Source: an uncultured Nitrospiraceae bacterium (GTDB taxonomy: Bacteria; Nitrospirota; UBA9217). From it: DNA of 64,000 nt. Made by a program: the position numbers and the translations under genes. Where the stretch lies: the NCBI GenBank assembly GCA_964586075.1, contig CAZPGZ010000001.1, forward strand, positions 149,099 to 213,098. The letters run 5' to 3'. A model generated the notes under the pieces. That model saw nothing but the letters and a program-made list of their open reading frames with translations, was not told the DNA's origin and searched no databases. Shown here in pieces: positions 58,383 to 64,000 of the stretch (its first letter is position 1; every line of letters starts with the position of its first letter).

Positions 58383-59975
58383 TTATGAAAAGACCCGAAA
58401 CTTCGAATCAAACACCTTATTGCCCGCTGTCTTGCCCACCGAATGATCGGCATTCGCGCTCACATGCTCAAGAATCTTAAAAATAGATTCTACACTGTCT
58501 TGCGCATTGATACCCTGTGCGATCTCTTCGGCAGTAAATGACGCTCCGTTGTTCTTTCTTAAGTAAGCAATAATGTCACACTGCAGCGTGATCATGGCGT
58601 CGGCCATTTTCTTTCCAGCCTCCACCCCAGGCTGATGGTACGCGTTGATGTTCACCAGCGAGGCGTAAAATCCAACAGCCCGCTCATACAGGGCGATGAG
58701 CGCTCCGATGGACTGCGCGTCCAGTTTTTCGATTGATATCATAACGGACTCCCGCCCGTTTTCATACAGGGCATTTCGTGTCCCCTGCAGATATGCGTTT
58801 AAATAATCACCTGTGGTGACACCGGGCTCAATTTCAATCGATGTGCTGTCGTGGTCATGCAGAACCTGTATAAACGTGGCAAAAAAATTATTCACCCCAT
58901 CCCGAAGCTGCTGAACATAGGCATGCTGGTCTGTGGTTCCTTTGTTACCGTAAACTGTGATTCCCTGGTTCACGACGTTACCCGCAAGATCCTTTTCCTT
59001 GCCAAGCGACTCCATGACCAGCTGCTGGAGGTATTTCGAGAAGAGCTGCAGCCTGTCTTTATAGGGTAGTATCACCATATCTTTCTGACCGTTGCCTTTT
59101 GTGGCATGATACCAGGCAAGGGCCAAAAGGGCCGCGGGGTTTGAGAACGTCTTTTTGCTCCGCGTTGCCTCATCGCAGATGGCGGCACCGGTCAAAAGGC
59201 TATTTATATCCAGCCCCTGGAGAGATGCCGGAAGAAGGCCGACTGTTGATAATACTGATGTCCTCCCACCCACCCAGTCCCACATAGGGAAGGTAGCGAG
59301 CCAACCGCCTTTTTTTGCTATTTCATAAAGCTTACTTCCCACTCCAGTAATTGCGACCGCATGCCGTTCAAAAGATAGGTTCGCTTTTCGATAGGTTGCG
59401 GCCACTTCAAGCATCCCATTTCTGGTCTCTACTGTGCCGCCGCTTTTGGATATTACCAGTACAAGCGTGTCGCCCAGCTGATCCCCGAGCTGGGACAGCA
59501 CCCGGTCTATTCCGTCGGGGTCGGTATTATCCAGAAAATACGGCTTCATTTTGTCGGTTTGTGACCCGAGGGCATCTGCGATAAACTGCGGGCCGAGAGC
59601 TGAACCGCCGATGCCGATGCATAAGAAACGCGTAAACCGGGCACGTTTTCTCGGCATTATTTTTCCCGCGTGAACTGAGAACGTAAAATCTTTGACTGCC
59701 TGCAGCGTGGTTTCGATTTCTTTGCTGATTTCAACTGAGGGCGCCAACTGGGGCTTTCGAAGCCAGTAGTGTCCTACCATGCGGTTTTCGTCAGGATTCG
59801 CTATGGCTCCTGATTCCAGCGCATCCATTGCTTCATACGCTTTCTGTATTTTGGGCTCCATGCGGTCAAAAAAATCGTCACTGAACTTGATTCTGCTGAT
59901 GTCAAGGGTCATTCCGATTGACTGGCTTGTGCAGAGATATTTTTTATAGCGCTCCCAGAGAGCATGATCATCCAT
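58383..59975 (-). CDS. pgi: Glucose-6-phosphate isomerase
   Basis: About 530 aa with PGI family signatures (e.g. GGRTSVLS..., ...[25 protein letters not shown]). Confidence 0.9.
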   Translation of the reverse strand: MDDHALWERYKKYLCTSQSIGMTLDISRIKFSDDFFDRMEPKIQKAYEAMDALESGAIANPDENRMVGHYWLRKPQLAPSVEISKEIETTLQAVKDFTFSVHAGKIMPRKRARFTRFLCIGIGGSALGPQFIADALGSQTDKMKPYFLDNTDPDGIDRVLSQLGDQLGDTLVLVISKSGGTVETRNGMLEVAATYRKANLSFERHAVAITGVGSKLYEIAKKGGWLATFPMWDWVGGRTSVLSTVGLLPASLQGLDINSLLTGAAICDEATRSKKTFSNPAALLALAWYHATKGNGQKDMVILPYKDRLQLFSKYLQQLVMESLGKEKDLAGNVVNQGITVYGNKGTTDQHAYVQQLRDGVNNFFATFIQVLHDHDSTSIEIEPGVTTGDYLNAYLQGTRNALYENGRESVMISIEKLDAQSIGALIALYERAVGFYASLVNINAYHQPGVEAGKKMADAMITLQCDIIAYLRKNNGASFTAEEIAQGINAQDSVESIFKILEHVSANADHSVGKTAGNKVFDSKFRVFS

Positions 59976-60222
59976 TGTCTTTTTCCTTTCCATACACAGC
60001 GCGTATTTTTCTGCCCAGCTCCCGGAGTGCGTCCGAGAATGTCAATCCGCTGTCCATCATCTCGCGAACAACGCCTGCCTTGCTGAGTGCTTCGATAACG
60101 GCATCTGTCTTATCTATCACATTGCATTCATTTTCTCCTTTGGCAAGCTGCTGCTGAATGCAGGCGTCGATTTGTTCATAGGAAAAGTGTTCCACCAGTT
60201 TTCTTAACTCGGGTGTCTTCAT
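59968..60222 (-). CDS. Hypothetical 84-aa protein
   Basis: Compact ORF immediately upstream of pgi with no recognisable domain. Confidence 0.35.
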   Translation of the reverse strand: MKTPELRKLVEHFSYEQIDACIQQQLAKGENECNVIDKTDAVIEALSKAGVVREMMDSGLTFSDALRELGRKIRAVYGKEKDNG

Positions 60223-60378
60223 AGGCCACCATTTTGAAAGTTATTGTATCATAAAAAGGCGCTTCCAAGTAAAAAACTCCAAAAAAGCATACGGATACGT
60301 CTGGTTTTTTTGTACCACCCTGTCAGAACCGTTAAAAATGGCTTTTTCGTGCTTCTTCATTGTGGTAATATATGGTTT

Positions 60379-61755
60379 ATGCTTGAGCAGGACACAATTT
60401 GTGCGGTTTCTACTCCTCCGGGAGAGGGCGGCATCGGAATTATCCGCATCAGCGGCAGAACGTCTGTTGCAATTGCTGATAAAATTTTCAGGCTGCGCAG
60501 TGCAGAGGCGGGAAGCCTTGAAACCGCACCAACACATTCTCTCCACTACGGTTATATTATCGATCCGACTACCCAGGAACAGGTTGACGAAGTCCTGGCA
60601 AGTGTAATGCGCTCCCCAGCCACCTACACGCGCGAAGATGTCGTCGAAATAAACTGCCACGGCGGCATGATGCCGCTTTGGCGCACCCTGTCGTTGCTCA
60701 TCGCGGCCGGCGCCCGGCAGGCAGAGCCGGGGGAGTTTACAAAACGTGCTTTTTTAAACGGACGAATTGATTTGACCCAGGCTGAAGCGGTTATGGATAT
60801 CATCAAATCTAAGACGGCCCTGGCGCATCGTGCGGCGAACGATCAGTTGCTCGGCGGATTATCCTCCGAGGTTGCCTCGCTCCGCAATCAATTGCTTTCG
60901 TTCACTGCGGCGGTGGAGGCCTGGATAGATTTTCCGGAAGAGGACATTGAGTTTGGTACAGGCTCCCGGCCGGCTGACACTGTTGTGCAGCTGATTGGGG
61001 GAGTGGAATCCCTGCTTTCTACTTACAACTACGGCAGAATTCTTCGGGATGGATTCGCGACGGCCATTGTCGGCCGGCCTAATGTGGGCAAGTCTTCCCT
61101 GTTGAACACCCTTCTTAAGCAGAATCGCGCGATTGTTACGGACGTACCGGGCACAACAAGGGATCTGCTCGAGGAATATCTCAATGTTGCAGGAATTCCC
61201 TTAAAAATCATCGATACGGCCGGAATCAGGCATTCACACGATATCGTGGAAAAAGAAGGTATCCGCAGAACCCTTGCCGCAATTGAATCTGCGGATATTG
61301 TTTTGGTGGTGCTCGATGGCTCCCGAAAGCTTACGCCGGAGGATCGGCTGGTGCTGGAGTATGTAGCCGGAAAAAATGCCGTCGCGGTAATTAATAAGTC
61401 CGATTTGCCCAGGGAAATGGAAGCCCTGAATCAACCTGTAGTACAGGTGTCGATTTCCTGCATTACCGGGGAGGGTCTCGAAGAGCTGAAGGGTGCCATC
61501 CTAAATATGCAAAAACAGGGGGTTGCACTGGCGCGTGACCATGCCTGGACCGTAAATCTGCGCCATAAAACCGCACTGGAACAAACTCGTGAAAGCCTGC
61601 TCAAAGCGCACGCCTCGATTAAGGACAATGCTTCACCGGAATTTATCGCTCTTGATCTTCGCTGCGCCCTGGACAGTCTCGGCATTATTACCGGCGCAAC
61701 ATACACGGAAGATATTCTCGAAAGAATTTTTGAAAATTTCTGCATCGGAAAATAA
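60379..61755 (+). CDS. mnmE: tRNA modification GTPase MnmE
   Basis: The ATG at 60379 gives MLEQDTICAVSTPPGEGGIGIIRISG. There is a G-domain (GRPNVGKSSL, DTAG, NKSD) and a C-terminal CIGK. Confidence 0.9.
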   Translation: MLEQDTICAVSTPPGEGGIGIIRISGRTSVAIADKIFRLRSAEAGSLETAPTHSLHYGYIIDPTTQEQVDEVLASVMRSPATYTREDVVEINCHGGMMPLWRTLSLLIAAGARQAEPGEFTKRAFLNGRIDLTQAEAVMDIIKSKTALAHRAANDQLLGGLSSEVASLRNQLLSFTAAVEAWIDFPEEDIEFGTGSRPADTVVQLIGGVESLLSTYNYGRILRDGFATAIVGRPNVGKSSLLNTLLKQNRAIVTDVPGTTRDLLEEYLNVAGIPLKIIDTAGIRHSHDIVEKEGIRRTLAAIESADIVLVVLDGSRKLTPEDRLVLEYVAGKNAVAVINKSDLPREMEALNQPVVQVSISCITGEGLEELKGAILNMQKQGVALARDHAWTVNLRHKTALEQTRESLLKAHASIKDNASPEFIALDLRCALDSLGIITGATYTEDILERIFENFCIGK

Positions 61756-61829
61756 TAATACGAATAGTTTATACAGAAACAAACCGTATTACCACACTAT
61801 TGCTTCGTTTTCTCGCTTTGGGATGGTTC

Positions 61830-63725
61830 ATGGCTTATTCAAAAAAATATGATGTGATTGTCGTCGGCGCCGGCCATGCAGGATGTGAGGCGGCCCTGGC
61901 CTCCGCTCGCATGGGCTGTTCCACGCTTTTGCTCACGATGAATTTGGACACCATCGCGCATATGTCGTGTAATCCGGCAATCGGTGGCCTGGCCAAAGGA
62001 CATCTCGTGAAAGAAATAGATGCACTCGGCGGAGAAATGGCCAACATTATTGACCTGACCGGGATTCAGTTCAGAATCTTGAATGGAAGCAAAGGGCCCG
62101 CAGTACGGGGAACACGCGCTCAGGCCGATAAACAACGCTATCGGCTTGCGATGAAAGAAAAAATAGAAAATCAAAAACTCCTCGATGTGCACCAGGCTGA
62201 AGCAAGCAGGCTTATTGTAGAAAATGGTCGGGTGGCTGGCATTGAGACGAGCATCGGTGTCCAGTATCAATCCTCTGCTGTCATAATAACCACCGGCACT
62301 TTTTTGCAGGGATTAATACATATTGGATTGGTTCATTATCCGTCCGGCAGAGCAGGGGAGTTTCCTTCGGTCGGCCTCTCTGACAACCTGCGCAGTCTTG
62401 GCTTCGAAATTGGCCGGCTCAAAACAGGAACTCCGGCGCGGCTGGATGGCAAAACAATCGACTTCTCTAAAATGAAACTCCAGTATGGTGATGATCCGGC
62501 CCCATTTTTTTCTTTTGCCAGAAAGAAGCATCCGCTCCCACAACGACCCTGCTATTTAACGTATACAAATGCAAGTACGCATGAAATTATTCGCAATAAC
62601 CTTAGTCATTCCCCACTTTATGCCGGAGTTATAAAGGGGACCGGACCTCGGTATTGCCCATCCATTGAAGATAAGGTTGTCCGCTTTTCAAAAAGAGAAC
62701 GCCATCAGGTTTTTCTCGAGCCGGAAGGTTTGGATACAAAAGAATTTTATGCAAACGGCGTATCTACCAGTTTGCCCTTTGAGGTTCAGATGCAACTGTA
62801 TAGGTCGATAACAGGTCTCGAGGAAGTAGAAATTATGCGTCCGGCCTATGCAATAGAATATGACTTTGCACCGCCAACACAAATAAAGCATACATTGGAA
62901 ACGAAACATATTGAGGGACTCTATTTCGCCGGTCAGATCAACGGCACCTCTGGATATGAGGAAGCTGCTGCTCAGGGATTAGTCGCAGGTATAAACGCTG
63001 CACTTAAAATACAACAAAAACAGCCATTCATCCTTAAGCGTTCGGAAGCATACATTGCTGTTTTAATTGACGACCTGGTTACCCGTGGAACAAGCGAACC
63101 TTACAGAATGTTCACCTCACGGGCAGAATATCGGCTTATCCTGAGAGAGGACAATGCTGATATTCGACTGCGCACAAAAGGGCATGAACTTGGCCTCGTA
63201 TCTGATGATGTCTACCTACAATTTCTTGATAAGAAAAACCAGATTGAGCTCGAAGCAGCACGAATGAAAAAAACATGGATAAAACCCGGTCCGGATATCA
63301 ATTTAACTCTCTCGAGGCGTGGTTCCGCAGAGCTGATCCAGGAAGCTTCACTTGAGCAGCTCTTAAAACGGCCGGAACTGAATTATTCGGATATCGCTTC
63401 TATGTCTCCAGCTGAGAAGCCGATTATGGACGATGCAGCCGAGCAGGTTGAAATTCAGGTCAAATATGAAGGGTATATCAACCGCCAAATTCTGCAGGTT
63501 GCACGCTTTTCCACCTTGGAGCAGAAAAGAATTCCTCCTGATATTAACTTCGATGAAATTATCGGCCTCGGATCGGAAGTCCGCCAAAAACTCAAGCAGG
63601 TGCAGCCTGTTTCAATAGGCCAGGCATCAAGAATATCTGGTGTAACTCCCGCAGCCATTTCGCTTATTATGGTTGCTCTCGAAAAAAGAAAACGCTCACC
63701 AAAGCCGAAAAATGCAGACGAATAA
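61830..63725 (+). CDS. mnmG: tRNA uridine-5-carboxymethylaminomethyl modification enzyme MnmG (GidA)
   Basis: FAD motif DVIVVGAGHAGCEAA and full-length MnmG similarity. Confidence 0.95.
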   Translation: MAYSKKYDVIVVGAGHAGCEAALASARMGCSTLLLTMNLDTIAHMSCNPAIGGLAKGHLVKEIDALGGEMANIIDLTGIQFRILNGSKGPAVRGTRAQADKQRYRLAMKEKIENQKLLDVHQAEASRLIVENGRVAGIETSIGVQYQSSAVIITTGTFLQGLIHIGLVHYPSGRAGEFPSVGLSDNLRSLGFEIGRLKTGTPARLDGKTIDFSKMKLQYGDDPAPFFSFARKKHPLPQRPCYLTYTNASTHEIIRNNLSHSPLYAGVIKGTGPRYCPSIEDKVVRFSKRERHQVFLEPEGLDTKEFYANGVSTSLPFEVQMQLYRSITGLEEVEIMRPAYAIEYDFAPPTQIKHTLETKHIEGLYFAGQINGTSGYEEAAAQGLVAGINAALKIQQKQPFILKRSEAYIAVLIDDLVTRGTSEPYRMFTSRAEYRLILREDNADIRLRTKGHELGLVSDDVYLQFLDKKNQIELEAARMKKTWIKPGPDINLTLSRRGSAELIQEASLEQLLKRPELNYSDIASMSPAEKPIMDDAAEQVEIQVKYEGYINRQILQVARFSTLEQKRIPPDINFDEIIGLGSEVRQKLKQVQPVSIGQASRISGVTPAAISLIMVALEKRKRSPKPKNADE

Positions 63726-63756
63726 AAACCCTCAGGATTTGTTGAAATCAGGTTCA

Positions 63757-64000
63757 ATGGAGCTCGGAACTGCCCTTTCTCCCGCGCATCTTGATTCTTT
63801 TTTTATGTATTTTGCTGAACTCATTAAATGGAATAGTAAAATAAATCTGACAACTATTACTGATACGCATGAAATCATTATAAAACACGCTCTTGATTCT
63901 CTTTCCTATATAAAAGGTTTTGCTCCATCACCTGGGCTACGGTTGCTCGATTTGGGTTCAGGCGCAGGTTTTCCAGCATTGCCGATTAAAATTGTTCATC
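63757..64000 (+). CDS. rsmG: 16S rRNA m7G527 methyltransferase RsmG (GidB), 5' part (truncated by the window end)
   Basis: ...NLTTITDTHEIIIKHALDS...LLDLGSGAGFPALPIKI. Confidence 0.8.
   Translation, partial: MELGTALSPAHLDSFFMYFAELIKWNSKINLTTITDTHEIIIKHALDSLSYIKGFAPSPGLRLLDLGSGAGFPALPIKIVH

Noticed and set aside
1-64000. Additional tRNA or rRNA genes
   Set aside because: I checked intergenic regions by eye for acceptor-stem/T-loop (GTTCRA) patterns. Only tRNA-Val at 44393..44467 and its 30-nt partial copy were found, and there is no rRNA-like sequence.

Overview
The window looks like a GC-rich (about 55-60% by eye) bacterial chromosome segment. Its gene content is consistent with an anaerobic deltaproteobacterium-like organism, but that attribution is low confidence. 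Most of the window is conserved core genes. These include birA-nadC-valS, the tRNA-modification genes mnmA, mnmE and mnmG with rsmG, ftsH, mfd, pgi, rlmI, a SurA-like PPIase cluster and queG. Three accessory or unusual areas stand out. (1) An 8-gene, minus-strand, Frz-like chemosensory operon (about 4.9-14.0 kb). It has three CheW, a CheA-receiver hybrid, one transmembrane MCP and three receiver proteins. One receiver is fused to a DUF4388/PATAN-like domain and one carries three in-frame 33-aa tandem repeats. No CheB or CheR is present in the window. (2) A low-GC mosaic accessory region (about 25.8-32.5 kb) with no integrase or transposase. It holds an AT-rich roughly 1.9-kb cassette bounded by 14-bp inverted repeats that encodes a 608-aa protein with a C-terminal HEPN-type Rx4H motif, which I treat as a candidate single-gene defence or abortive-infection function. 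It also holds a GNAT gene flanked by near-perfect 57-bp direct repeats, two lipoprotein genes bracketed by another repeat pair, and an orphan flagellin gene with a consensus sigma-28 promoter. The flagellin gene is flanked by about 90-bp direct repeats derived from the 3' end of the neighbouring NUDIX gene. Next to these sits a lipoprotein caspase (C14) gene translationally coupled to a small ORF. (3) A 3-kb tetR-shc (squalene-hopene cyclase) islet flanked by direct repeats made of the 3' end of tRNA-Val(CAC) plus its terminator. This is the signature of tRNA-targeted integration, yet no integrase is present. Smaller observations include a frameshifted tautomerase gene with a strong RBS, a twin palindromic TetR operator, an orphan cheD, and a structured intergenic element. 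No rRNA genes or CRISPR arrays were seen. Only one tRNA gene was found.
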